DNA of 40,000 bases from an uncultured Candidatus Altimarinota bacterium (GCA_936941205.1 CAKZJF010000061.1:5744-45743); one strand, 5' to 3'; numbered from the stretch's first letter, positions 22,409-32,630 are shown. Numbers and translations are program-made. Notes: generated from the sequence alone by a model not told the origin.

Positions 22409-24478
22409 TTACGCTATGCCACGTAAACTGAGTTGTATCTTCCCTGTCTTATCATCAATTCGAAGAATGCGTGCTTGAACTTTTTGTCCAACATGGAGGA
22501 AATCCATCGGATCTTTCACATACTGATCAGCAATCTCAGAAATATGTACAAGCCCATCATTCTTGAGTCCAATATCAATAAATGCACCAAATGCGACTAC
22601 ATTTCGAACGACTCATGATACTATCGATCCTTCATTCAGAGTTGCGAGTGATTGTTTTGTAGTTACTTCACGATGGGAGCTTAATATTCTTGGGTCAGTA
22701 CCAATTCATTTATAAGCTTCCCATATAAATTCAATAGTCAGTGGTGTTGTTTCATTATAGAGAGCTATCAAGAGTCATTTCTTATCAGTAAATTGAGCAG
22801 GAGTAATATTATTTTCGATTATATAATGTGCAAGTGCGTATTGTTCCGGATGAATATTGGTATTATCAAACTCTTCACTACTTTCAGGAATTCGTAAAAA
22901 TCCTGCTGCCTGTTCATATGCCTTATCAGAAAGTACCTTTTCAAGAGATTTTCGTGTCTTATATGGTCGATGATTATAGAGTTTCTTGGCTGTTCGTTTA
23001 TCAAGACCAGAAATATATTGAAGCACATGAATGGAAGCAGTATTTACATTTACTCCCACTTGATTTACAGTATCTTCTACTGTATATCCGAGACGTTCTT
23101 CAAGTTTCTTGACAGATATATCATGCTGATACATTCCAACACCAATACTTCCAACTGGTACTTTTACCAGTTCTGAGAGTGGATCAATATAACGACGAGC
23201 AATAGAAACTGTTCATCGATCAGTTACATCAAGATCAGGAAATTCTTCCTGGGCCGTTGGGGAAGCACTATATACTGAAGCCCCTGATTCATTCACAATA
23301 TATATTGGGAGAGCTATTACAGACTGAATACGCTCTACGGTTTCATCGGATGCAGTACCATTTCCTACAATAATAACTGATGGGGAATGTTTTTTTACAA
23401 GGGATTCAATAATACGAATAGACTCATCTTTTTTATCGAGAAAGATTTTTGAAAATTCAATCGGATTCCCTATTTCATCAAGAATAACTATCTTACATCC
23501 AGTACGATATCAAGGATCAATTCCAAGTATTTTCTTTCCATACTCTGGTTTTGTCATCAGGAGGTTCCCAAGGTTTTCTTGAAATGTACGAATTGATTCG
23601 TCTTCAGCCTGTTCTGTCAGTTCTGAGCGAATTTCAGTTTCAACCGATTTAAAAAGTGCAGTATACCCTTTCTTTATAGCATCTTCAAGCTCAGGAAGGA
23701 GGCCTCATGCTGGATAAAAATCACGAACCCCCTCATGAGATTCATCATCTTTATCGATCTTTACAGTAAGAACCTCAAGATTTTCTCCTCGATTCATTGC
23801 AAGCATTTGATAGGGCTTAATACGGGAAACAAGCACTGAAAATTCTGCATAAATATCAAACTTATGAAGTTCTGACTTCACCTTATCATTCAATTTTTCA
23901 AGCATTTTCTCTGTTTTTTTCTTTGAGATGAGAAGTCCATTCTCCCAAAGGTATTCTCGTAGGTATTCTCGGATTTCCCCATTCATAGTAATCTCCGCAG
24001 CAATAATTTCGATAGCACCTTCTATAATTTCTTCTTTCTGATAATTTCATAAAAGTTCTTCTGGAATACTATATGGACGGTTCTGTTTTATGCTATCTGC
24101 AACCACCTGAAATCACTTTTCAATAGCAAGCATAGCTTTTGTCTTTTTCTTTGCGCGGAATGGAGCATAAATATCTTCTACCTCTTTGAGTGTTTTTGCA
24201 TTTTCAAGAGTATATTCTAGTTCTTCAGTTAAAAGTCCCTGTTCACGAATTCACTCAATAGCAGTACATTTCGCTTTATAAAGATTCTCCTCACGCTTAC
24301 GAGTATCAATAATATCACGAATTTGGTTCTCATCGAGATTACCCGTGCGTTCTTTTCGATAACGAGCAATGAAAGGCACTGTTGCACCTTCGTCAACAAG
24401 TGAAAAAACTGTTTCTACCTGAGAGGGGCGAAGTGAGAGAAGTTGTGAGGTAAACTCTGTATAATTTGGTTCAAGCAT
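22409..24478 (-). CDS. tex: Tex-like transcription accessory protein (YqgF + HhH + C-terminal S1 domain)
   Basis: 689 aa. Track pieces 22775-23134, 23705-23986 and 24251-24478 share a frame; I checked the gaps for in-frame TAA/TAG and found none. N-terminus ...[24 protein letters not shown]-terminal S1 domain ends ...[20 protein letters not shown]. Confidence 0.9.
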
Positions 24479-24499
24479 AAGAAAAAGGATGAGAAAGGA

Positions 24500-25096
24500 C
24501 TATAATTCTTTTTTTTGTAATTTCCAGAAAAAGACAAGAAGAAAAAAGAAAGCAAAACATGAAAAAAGAAATGCACTTAAATTTTGAAGAATAGAAAGCA
24601 TATATTCCCACTCATTTCAGAATACATATCCAATTCCACCATATAAAAGCACATAAAGTATTTCCCCTGAAATATCAGCAATCAAAAATCGGAACAACGG
24701 GATATGCGCTATTCCTGAAAGGATATTTATTGCTGGACCAATAATGGTAAGAAGAAATCGACTAAAAAATATACTAAAAAAGGCATGATTTTGAAAAAAA
24801 GGCTCGAATGTATGAAATTGTTTTGTTTCAAATATACTTCCCATTCAAAGTCGAATAAATAATCCTTTGCCAAATATTCGAGCAAGCATATATCCAAGAA
24901 AATCTCCAGCCAAAACTCAAACGAAAACAACAAAAAATGAAGTAGAAAGATCAAAATACCCATCAACCGCAAATGCTCCAACTGCCATAATTAACGCACT
25001 GGCAGGAATAGGAAATCCAAACGAAGCAAAAAATACCACAAAAAAAAGAAGGGTATATTGATAGATGAGAAGATAGGAAAGGAGAGTATCGAGCAT
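24500..25096 (-). CDS. DedA/SNARE-associated family membrane protein
   Basis: 198 aa. ...FFASFGFPIPASALIMAVGAF...VLAGDFLGYMLAR.FG... fits the DedA pattern. TAG at 24500-24502. Confidence 0.7.
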
Positions 25097-25525
25097 TTAT
25101 AGTGGTTTTATAAAAACTTTTTTCAGTGATTCAGATGCTTGTGCCTTAATGGATTGAAGGACCTCGTTCTGATCTTTTTTTGTATCTTTTATATACATTC
25201 CAATGGGAATATTTGGATATCTTTCATCAGTAATACTAAACTGTGTACGAAATGTATCATCTGGAATACTGAAGATAAAATTTACATATGCAAATGTCAT
25301 CCATGGTTCAATCAGTGCAACGTCTCGTTCAGAAACTCTATTTCGTTCTTTATTCTTTGTAAGAATATCTGCAATCGGATTTCGATGTTTTCCCTCAAAT
25401 ACTCAATGTTCACGTGCTGTATCAATATTTTTAAGGAGGAAGAAAAATGAGAGAGTACCAATAATACACACGCTCACAAATCCTATAAACATTTCTCTGG
25501 AAAAAGAACGAAAAAACGGCTTCAT
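25097..25525 (-). CDS. hypothetical membrane-anchored protein
   Basis: 142 aa with one N-terminal TM helix (FIGFVSVCIIGTLSFFFLL). Stop TAA 25097-25099 abuts the DedA start codon. Contains track ORF 25097-25300. Confidence 0.5.
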
Positions 25526-25695
25526 AAAAAGGAATTAGGATATATGCATTATATAAGGAATACAGAGAACTCAACATAATTTCTACGAAACATCAAAAGT
25601 ATTTATAATAAAAATACTGAACATGAATAAGTTAGTATCAAAAAAATGCCAGTATAGAGTCTTCTCATTAAAAAATAATTCCCATAAAAAAATGC

Positions 25696-26031
25696 CTACT
25701 TTCGAGGCATTCCATAGTAATCAAATCCTTTTGCATCAGTCATTGAGTGGGTGATATAATTTTTCTTTTTTCCTTTTTTAAAAAAACCTCGTTCATCTAT
25801 TATTCCCATTTCAATAAGTGTTTTGATTTCTTTTGTTGGAAGCTTCTTTTTTGGAAATGCTTCTTTATTTTGCATGTATCGAGTTCTTTTTTTATAACTG
25901 AGATTTGCGCGAGACTGTTTATTTTCATTTCACGTATAAACAAGCGCTTGTTTTTTCTTACCTTTAGCAAGTTTACGAGCTGCTGCTTGTTTTTTTACGA
26001 GTCGAGATGAAAGTCAGTGAGAATTGGCCAT
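25696..26031 (-). CDS. small, very basic hypothetical protein (111 aa, Lys/Arg-rich)
   Basis: ATG 26031, TAG 25696-25698, two in-frame TGA. The hairpin aatgcct/aggcatt plus T-run overlaps the stop. Confidence 0.4.
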
Positions 26032-26039
26032 GTATATAT

Positions 26040-26234
26040 TTATTGATGCTCAGAAGTGAATTGAATTGAAGTGTGAACTCGTCGGTTCATTATCTCTGTA
26101 ATTCAACGGGTAGCTTCTTGATATGAAACAGATGGTATATTAAGCGGAAAGGGTATTTTCTTTATTTCGCCAGGAGAAGAAAAAACTCTATTTCCTGTAG
26201 GAAGTCATGAAAATGCACGATCTACAAAACCCAT
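26040..26234 (-). CDS. hypothetical small protein (64 aa), weak call
   Basis: ATG 26234 lies 14 nt downstream of the tRNA(UCA) gene. TAA at 26040-26042. Two in-frame TGA. No family recognised. Confidence 0.25.
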
Positions 26235-26247
26235 ATTTAAAACAAAA

Positions 26248-26326
26248 TGGAGCGGGGGACCGGGTTCGAACCGACACACCCAAGGGTTGAAGCCTTAGTA
26301 CACTCACTCTTTTATGTTACCCCCGC
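26248..26326 (-). tRNA. tRNA with anticodon UCA (reads UGA) and glycine identity elements: tRNA-Gly(UCA)
   Basis: Reverse complement is GCGGGGG-TA-ACAT-AAAAGAGTGA-GTGT-AC-TAAGG-CTTCAAC-CCTTG-GGTGT-GTCGG-TTCGAAC-CCGGT-CCCCCGC-T-CCA. The 7-nt loop is C-T-TCA-A-C. G1:C72, C2:G71, G3:C70, discriminator U73 and C35 are all present. Confidence 0.85.
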
Positions 26327-26435
26327 AAAAGAAATAAGCACAATATGAATGCGCAGGCATTGTATAAAAACTCCAAAAAATGTCAAAAAAAATAGATTTT
26401 CTGGAAAAAACTCTTTTTCTCTATACACTTGACTT

Positions 26436-28127
26436 ATGCAATCGAATCTCATAAAAATCATAGAAGAAGTTCTCTTTTCTCTCGAGCTTGATAGCTCTAT
26501 TGTTTCAAAAGATGATTTTCATAAGTTTAAAAATCAAATATTTTCAAAATATAAAATTCCATATGGGATATCTGGGATAGATTTTATAGAACGGTATCGA
26601 GGACTTATAAAAGAGGGAAAGCTCCCGGAAAATATTCGAATATGGAAACTTCTCAGAAAACGAGCTGTTCGATCTCTTTCAGGAGTGTCTGTTATATCAC
26701 TTCTTACAAAATTCTGGTGATGCCCTGGAAAATGTATATATTGTCCAACCTATGAAAATCTTCCAAAAAGCTATATCACGAATGAGCCAGCAGTCATGAG
26801 GGCTGAATTGAATGAATTTAATAGTGTAAAACAAGTTCAAAATAGACTCAGATCACTTGAACTTACATGACATACTATAGAAAAATGTGATGTACGAATT
26901 ATAGGCGGGACTTGGAGTGTATATCCGAAAGAATACAAAGATGCATTTATTCGAGATATTTACGATGCACATACTACATTTGAAGCATTGACTCCTTTTA
27001 TAGAAAATGTCGAAGTTGGCGAAGATACTTTTGCACGATTTAAGGTTCGTGAGGGATATAAAATGCAACAATCCAAAACATTAGAAGAAGCACAAGAAAG
27101 GAATCAATCAGCAAAATCTCGTGTAATATGAATGGCAATTGAAACTCGACCTGACTGGATAAATCTTTCAGAGATTGTCGAACTTCGCCACTATTGAGTT
27201 ACTCGTGTCGAAATAGGATATCAAACTACCATCGATTCAATTAACGAACTCAATAAACGTGGCCATGGAAATAAAGAATCTATTGAAGCAACTCGGCTTT
27301 TAAAAGATGCAGGATTCAAGGTGGTGGCTCATATTATGCCGAATTTAGTATGATCAACACCTGAACTTGATAAAGAAAGTCTTGCTCGAGTATTTTCTGA
27401 TAGTAGTTTCCGTCCTGACGAACTCAAACTCTATCCAATGGTAGTTACGCCAAATTCAGAACTTACAGAAATATGGAAAAATGGGTGATATACTCCCTAT
27501 AATGATGAAACACTTATTACTCTCATGGCAGAACTTCAATCATATATACCTGAATATGTTCGACTCAACCGAATGTACCGTGATATTCCAGCAAATGAAA
27601 TACTCGCTGGATCGAAGCTCGCCAACCTTCGCCAAGTAACTGACGAACGAATGGCGAAGTTATGAGTGTACCGAAAAGATATTTCTGCTCGTGAAATTCG
27701 TGCAAAATGAAATAAACCAGAAAATGCTATCCTTGATGAGAATTTTTATGAGGCAAGTGGCTGACATGAATATTTTCTTCAATTTATTGATGACGAAGAT
27801 AGAACCGTATTTTCACTTCTCCGCCTTCGAGTACCTTCTCAATATTTTACAAAAGAAAAACATCCAATGGATGTACTCCAAAATGCCGCTATTATCCGAG
27901 AAGTTCATACATTTTGAGATCAATTACCAATTGGTTCAAAGGCTGATGGAACATGACAACATATGGGATTTGGGAAACGACTTATTGAGCGGGCTGAAAC
28001 CATTATTCGAGAAAAATATCCCACCATTGAGAAGATTGCAGTGATATCAGGAATATGAGTTCGTGGGTATTATGAAAAACGTTGATATCAAAAAGAAGGT
28101 GACTACATGATACGGTATATCCAATAA
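26436..28127 (+). CDS. elp3: bacterial Elp3 homologue (radical SAM + GNAT acetyltransferase; tRNA U34 carboxymethylation family)
   Basis: 563 aa. Radical-SAM cluster motif FW-TGA-CPGKCIYCP. ...RIIGGTWS..., IETRPDWI, RVEIGYQTT..., then a C-terminal GNAT part (...IREVHTFGDQLPIG...HMGFGKRLIERAE...). Track ORFs 26436-26720 and 27691-28044 lie in and near it. TAA at 28125-28127. Confidence 0.88.
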
Positions 28128-28129
28128 AA

Positions 28130-28153
28130 AAACGCATCCCGAAGGATGCGTTT
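28130..28153. terminator. bidirectional terminator between elp3 and the glucosaminidase ORF
   Basis: 10-bp stem aaacgcatcc / ggatgcgttt with loop cgaa. Lies 2 nt after the elp3 stop and 11 nt after TGA 28165-28167. Confidence 0.8.
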
Positions 28154-28164
28154 ATAAGTGAAGA

Positions 28165-28656
28165 TCAGTCCAGCTTAGCAAGACCATAAGAACGAATAAT
28201 ATTTGTAACTCGTATATGGTATTCTGGATTCTCAGAATATGCTCCTAGGTGCTTTACAAGCCCTATGGAGTCTGTATTTCCAAGATATCGCCTGAACGAT
28301 CTGTAGGCACGGTGCTCAAGAAGATTTGTGAGATAATACCGTATATTATCCATATAGGACAAAAACGGCCGAATCTCTTTCTTGCGCATGATTCCGAAAA
28401 GGTTTCGACGCTCTATGGCTGTTGGATGTTTCCCCCACCCACTTTCAAGAGCTGCTTGCGCAACTATCAAGCTGGTTGGTATCTGCATCGCATCTTCGCC
28501 CATCTCTTCTTTTGCTTCCTCAATCTGTGGAGTTATCCACTCGATAAAGGAAGTAGTATGTCTTGGAGTTTCTAAGTTCTGCGCGGAAGCAGAAAATATA
28601 CTTAAAAATAAACCAAGGAACAGGAAGAAATTTGAGGGTCTACATCGACATTCCAT
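28165..28656 (-). CDS. secreted glucosaminidase-domain (GH73 / Bax-like) peptidoglycan hydrolase; foreign-looking ORF whose apparent stop is TGA
   Basis: 163-aa ORF with a signal peptide ending FSASA-QN. Has the LIVAQAALESGWGK...NLFGI core of the mannosyl-glycoprotein endo-beta-N-acetylglucosaminidase domain. AGGAG (rc of 28664-28668) lies 7 nt before the ATG. GC reaches 50-53% in sampled central lines. No internal TGA. Under table 25 the frame would continue 54 codons to TAA at 28003-28005, antisense into elp3. Confidence 0.75.
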   Translation of the reverse strand: MECRCRPSNFFLFLGLFLSIFSASAQNLETPRHTTSFIEWITPQIEEAKEEMGEDAMQIPTSLIVAQAALESGWGKHPTAIERRNLFGIMRKKEIRPFLSYMDNIRYYLTNLLEHRAYRSFRRYLGNTDSIGLVKHLGAYSENPEYHIRVTNIIRSYGLAKLD

Positions 28657-28780
28657 TCTACAACTCCTACTATTGAAGGGGTTGTACTCTATCCATAAAA
28701 AATGAATTGCAAAACGTTTTTTGTAAAATTTTTGTGAATTCTTCGTTTCTTCCCATTATAAAGGGGATAAGCAAATTTCT

Positions 28781-28808
28781 CTTTCGACAACTTTCGACAA
28801 CTTCGACA
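28781..28808. repeat. three tandem ~10-bp direct repeats (ctttcgacaa ctttcgacaa cttcgaca)
   Basis: Seen directly in the sequence, 125-152 bp upstream of the glucosaminidase ATG and just beyond the trxB terminator. Confidence 0.85.
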
Positions 28809-28817
28809 TATATTCAA

Positions 28818-28846
28818 TAAAAAAAATCCCTATTTCTAGAGATTAT
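28818..28846 (-). terminator. terminator after trxB
   Basis: Minus-strand aatctct-agaaat-agggatt hairpin (one G-U pair) followed by an 8-nt T-run. Confidence 0.55.
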
Positions 28847-28855
28847 TGAACACAA

Positions 28856-29782
28856 TTAGTGACCAATACGAAGTATATCCTCATGAACACTATGAGCTGC
28901 CAAACATCATTCAGCAGCTGACATAATGGTTTGACGGAATTTATTACTATTGGTTGTTACATCTCAAGCAGCATATAATCAGGGTACTGTTGTTTCTTGC
29001 CGTTTATCAACTACAAGACATCATTCTGAATCTTTTTCTGGAGAAAGGACTTCTACTATATCAGTAATAGGAGATGAACCTACGGCAACAAATACACCAT
29101 CAAGAGAAAGAGTTTCTCATGTAGTAAGAAGCGCGCTATTTACACCCATCATATTTCATACAATTTCGGAAATTTGAGTAGTATAGTGGAATATGATATT
29201 TGCTTTCATATTTGCCTTTTGAATCCATATATCTTCAGCACGAGCCCTATCAGAGCGAACTATGATATGCACTTCTTTTGCAATTTCTGAGAGATACAAG
29301 GCCTCAGTAATAGCAGTATTTCATGCTCCAACAACCGCGACAGTAAGATTTTTATAAAAACTTCCATCACAGGTTGCACAATATGAAACTCCTTGTCCAT
29401 AGAATTCTTTTTCACCAGGAACACCAAGCATTTTATAAATATTACCAGTTGCAAGAATTATACGCTTTGCATGATATATATCGCCTTTCATTGTTTGAAC
29501 TTGAAACATATCCTCAGCAACCTTCGACACTGTTTCGACACGGTCTTGTAGAAATTTAGAACCAGAGGATTCAGCATGTTGACGAAAATTCTTCATAATA
29601 TCTCAACCAGTCGAAGAAAGAGTTCCTGGATAATTTTCAACACAATGACTGGTCGCAAGGGCTCATCCTGGCATTTCTCCAATAATTAAATTGGAGAGTG
29701 TATACCGTGAAGCATACATTCATGCGGGAAATCCTGCACTTCCTGCTCCTATAATTATAAGATCATATATGTGGTCTTTCAT
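28856..29782 (-). CDS. trxB: thioredoxin-disulfide reductase
   Basis: 308 aa. N-terminal DLIIIGAGSAG, redox centre YCATCDG, second Rossmann motif VAVVGA-TGA-NTA, C-terminal GLYAAGDV. Contains track ORF 29321-29596. TAA at 28856-28858. Confidence 0.9.
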
Positions 29783-29844
29783 AGAAATAATAATTAATAA
29801 TGATAATCATTCTCATAATAAGAGAATATTCTTTTATTTCAAGT

Positions 29845-30414
29845 TTAAACGGGTGTAATTTCTGGGTTTTCTGATTTCTTCGTATCAAAAGATACTACTC
29901 GTTTTGAGCGGAAATCTTGAATAATATTATTGATTTTACGTGCATTTTCAACTGGAGAAGGTGCTATACTTACTGTCATATTTGAGGTTTCAGAGGCAGT
30001 ATGAATATTTACCGTACCAAAATCAAATAATGTCTGGAGAACTCCTCGCTGTTCAGCATCTACTTCTTGTATTCTATCCAATGGACTTTCAGCTATTTTT
30101 CTAGAAAAAACAGAGAGTTGTTCTATGCCAATAATTCTATGATCGGTTATAACGAACAGATCAAGTTCATCATTCAGCCAACTTAAATAGGTAAACGAAA
30201 GGGTCACCATCCAAAATACTGACAACACCATCCAAAATACTGACGTATTAATAATTTGTAAAAATTCATGAGAAAAAATAAGTACAAAAAAACTTATAAG
30301 AAAAATAGTGAGAAGGAATAGTCATTTAAAGAGAAAGACAATCCAGTGTCTATGGAGTATAAGCTGAATCTGTTCGCCTGATTTTAAAAATGGAATATGA
30401 GTGAATTCATTCAT
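29845..30414 (-). CDS. membrane protein with a bacterial PH (bPH_2/YdbS-like) domain
   Basis: 189 aa. GEQIQLILHRHWIVFL, then two TM helices, then a soluble ~100-aa domain. Contains track ORF 29845-30231 and an in-frame 21-bp duplication. Confidence 0.5.
30205..30246. repeat. 2 x 21-bp tandem duplication (caccatccaaaatactgac..)
   Basis: Units 30205-30225 and 30226-30246. Encodes SVFWMV twice within the second TM helix. Confidence 0.85.
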
Positions 30415-30425
30415 GATATAGATGG

Positions 30426-31013
30426 TTATGAGGATTTAGGTTGGGTAATATTCGGTTTTTTTATATATACTGGTTCTATTTGAGATGTTCAGTTCTTCAA
30501 AGATATATATTCAAATACCTTCCTATTGTCAAAAGAGTATTCAAAATGAGTATTTTTAGATAAAAAATCGGCATTATCTCCAATTCACCAATATTTTCAT
30601 TCCGGAAGATTCTCTATTGTGGAGAGTTCTGGACTATTTCCTTCAGAAAAAAAACAAAGATACTCCCCTCTATTTGCTTTTATTGCATATGGAAGAGGAT
30701 ATCAACAAAGTGTTCAAAGTTGAAACAAGTCGATTGAAACAATCGGCATTTTATAGACAAAAGCCCATGTATTAACGGTTAATGTTATAATTCGTAAAAG
30801 AGTAAAGGCTCACGGACCATTTACTACTCAAATCTTTGCTATGTCTCCCAAAGAAATATGGTGTTCTGAAAGAATTCTTGTAACAAAAGGAAGAAAGTGC
30901 TCAAATTCATTTCCTTTTTCCAAGAAATTGGTAGATATCACTTCTCCTTGTGATCAAAAAACCGTAAAAGTAATCTGTGAGGTAAGAGGTTGTATAAAAA
31001 TGGTATAATTCAT
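30426..31013 (-). CDS. tsaB: tRNA t6A37 biosynthesis protein TsaB (YeaZ family)
   Basis: 195 aa with about 10 in-frame TGA, so invisible in the standard track. ...IAKI-G-VVNGP-G-AFTLLRIITLTVNTWAF... is the TsaB GPGSFTGLRIG-type motif. Confidence 0.75.
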
Positions 31014-31018
31014 AGATA

Positions 31019-32542
31019 TTATCAACGATAGCTAATAGCTTCGGCAATATGAGGTAAGAGGATATGTTCACTTGCATCAAGATCAGCAATAGTTCGAGCA
31101 AGTCGTAAAATTCGGAAATAGACTCGAGTGGAAAGTCATAGCCGATTTATGGCATCCTGAAGAAATTTCTCTCCATCATCACCCAGTATACAATATGTTT
31201 CAATTTCTGCATTACTCATTTCTGCATTATAGGTTCTATTCGTATTTATAAATCTCTGTAACTGAATTGTACGCGCTCATAAAATTTTTTCTTGCATATA
31301 GACTCGAGTATGAATCGATGCTTTATTCTTATATTTCTCAAAATCTTCTGGTTTTACCCGGGGAACTCGAATCATGATATCAATACGATCTAGCATAGGT
31401 CATGAGAGCTTTGATTTGTATCGTTCAATTTGAGATTGAGAACATGTACAACTCTTTTCCTTATCTCATAAATATCAACAAGGACAGGGATTTAAAGCTC
31501 AAATAAGCATAAATTTCGCAGGATATCGACAACTCGCATGAACACGATTAATGGTAATAACTCCATCTTCAAGTGGTTGTCTCAAGGTTTCCAGAACATT
31601 CTTATCAAATTCAAGAAATTCATCGAGAAATAAAACTCATTTATGTGCTAATGATATTTCGCCAGGACGTGAATCTCGGCCTCATCCAATTATAGAAGCT
31701 TCGCTTGCAGTATGATGAATGCTTCGAAATGGTCGATCTATTATAAGTGGCTGAGTCCTAGAAAGAAGTCCCGCAACCGAATAAATTCCTGACACCTCTA
31801 TGATTTCATCGAGACTCATTGGGGGGAGTAATGATGCTAATCATTTTGCAAGCATCGTTTTTCAGGATCCTGGTGGTCACTCGAGAAGAATATTATGTCC
31901 ACCAGAAGCTGCAATAAGTATTGATCTTTTTGCATGCTCTTGTCCTATAATACTTTCTATATCGACTCATATTTCTTTTTTACGAGAAAATTGTTCAAAA
32001 GAAGTAACGGAAGAAGCAGGAATAGGAATTTCTCATACCAGAATAGAAATTGTTTCCTGTAGACTCTCAACTGGAATAATATGAACATCGGGGACAATGC
32101 CAGCCTCTATGCTTGCATCTTTAGGAAGAAAAATGTACTTTATTTTATTTTCTCGTGCAAAAAGTACACTTGGAAGGATTCCATCAATAGAGCGAATCTT
32201 TCCATTTAACGCAAGTTCTCAAATAAATATACTCTCTTTAAAAAATTCTTTTTTAAAGAGAAATTCATGCGAGAGAATGCCAAGAGCAATAGGAAGATCA
32301 AAGCTTGGTCATTTTTTTCGGACATCTGCTGGAGCCAAATTCACTGTAATCCTTTTTGATCCTGGAAAAGTAAATCCAGCATTTTTAATAGCACTTCGAA
32401 CTCGTTCTCTACTTTCCTGAACAGCCATATCTCAGAGTCCAACAATAGTAAATGCTGACAGACCTGTAGCCACATCAACCTCTACAGAAACAGGAACTCC
32501 AGAAAGACCTGTAACCGATACTGAATGAATACACTCAACCAT
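31019..32542 (-). CDS. comM: YifB/ComM family Mg-chelatase-like AAA+ ATPase
   Basis: 507 aa. N-terminal Lon-protease-like domain (VEVDV..GL..FTIVGL-G-D.AV.ES.ERV). Walker A LLE-G-PPGSGKTMLA, Walker B GVLFLDEF. Zn-finger-like NPCPC-G-YLG. C-terminal LS.R...[11 protein letters not shown]. Invisible in the standard track, where only antisense ORFs 31800-32084 and 32097-32420 appear. Confidence 0.9.
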
Positions 32543-32630
32543 GTTGGAAAAATATTTTATTTACTATAGTGATTTTCATGCGGTTGTAAAACAAAAAACT
32601 GAATGAATAATTGCGAAATAGGGAAACTTC

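Noticed and set aside
25433-25460. A strong SD-like aaggagg followed by ATG on the plus strand.
   Set aside because: The ORF is only 5 codons (ATG AGA GAG TAC CAA TAA) and lies inside a minus-strand CDS. It is most likely a chance occurrence.
28523-29540. TTCGACA heptamers inside trxB (29523-29529 and 29534-29540) as extra copies of the upstream repeat motif.
   Set aside because: The same heptamer or its complement also occurs in unrelated genes (for example near 17043, 27012 and 27175), close to chance expectation. Only the tandem array at 28781-28808 is treated as a feature.
28856-29782. On a first pass I thought trxB had two compensating frameshifts near 28980 and 29040.
   Set aside because: It was my own transcription slip. 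Rechecking against the antisense track ORF 28950-29177 (AAYNQGTVV...SFSGERTS) confirms the sequence. The minus frame reads continuously through ...SPEKDSEGCLVVDKRQETTVPGLYAAGDV... to TAA, so the gene is intact.
31800-32420. Track ORFs 31800-32084 and 32097-32420 on the plus strand. Similar cases are 2569-2861, 3121-3396, 8634-8951, 19189-19515, 21323-21679, 25139-25538 and 28249-28705.
   Set aside because: They are antisense shadows of well-supported table-25 genes on the opposite strand (comM, the 1306-aa gene, gdh, patA and others). Their translations are low-complexity with no recognisable motifs.
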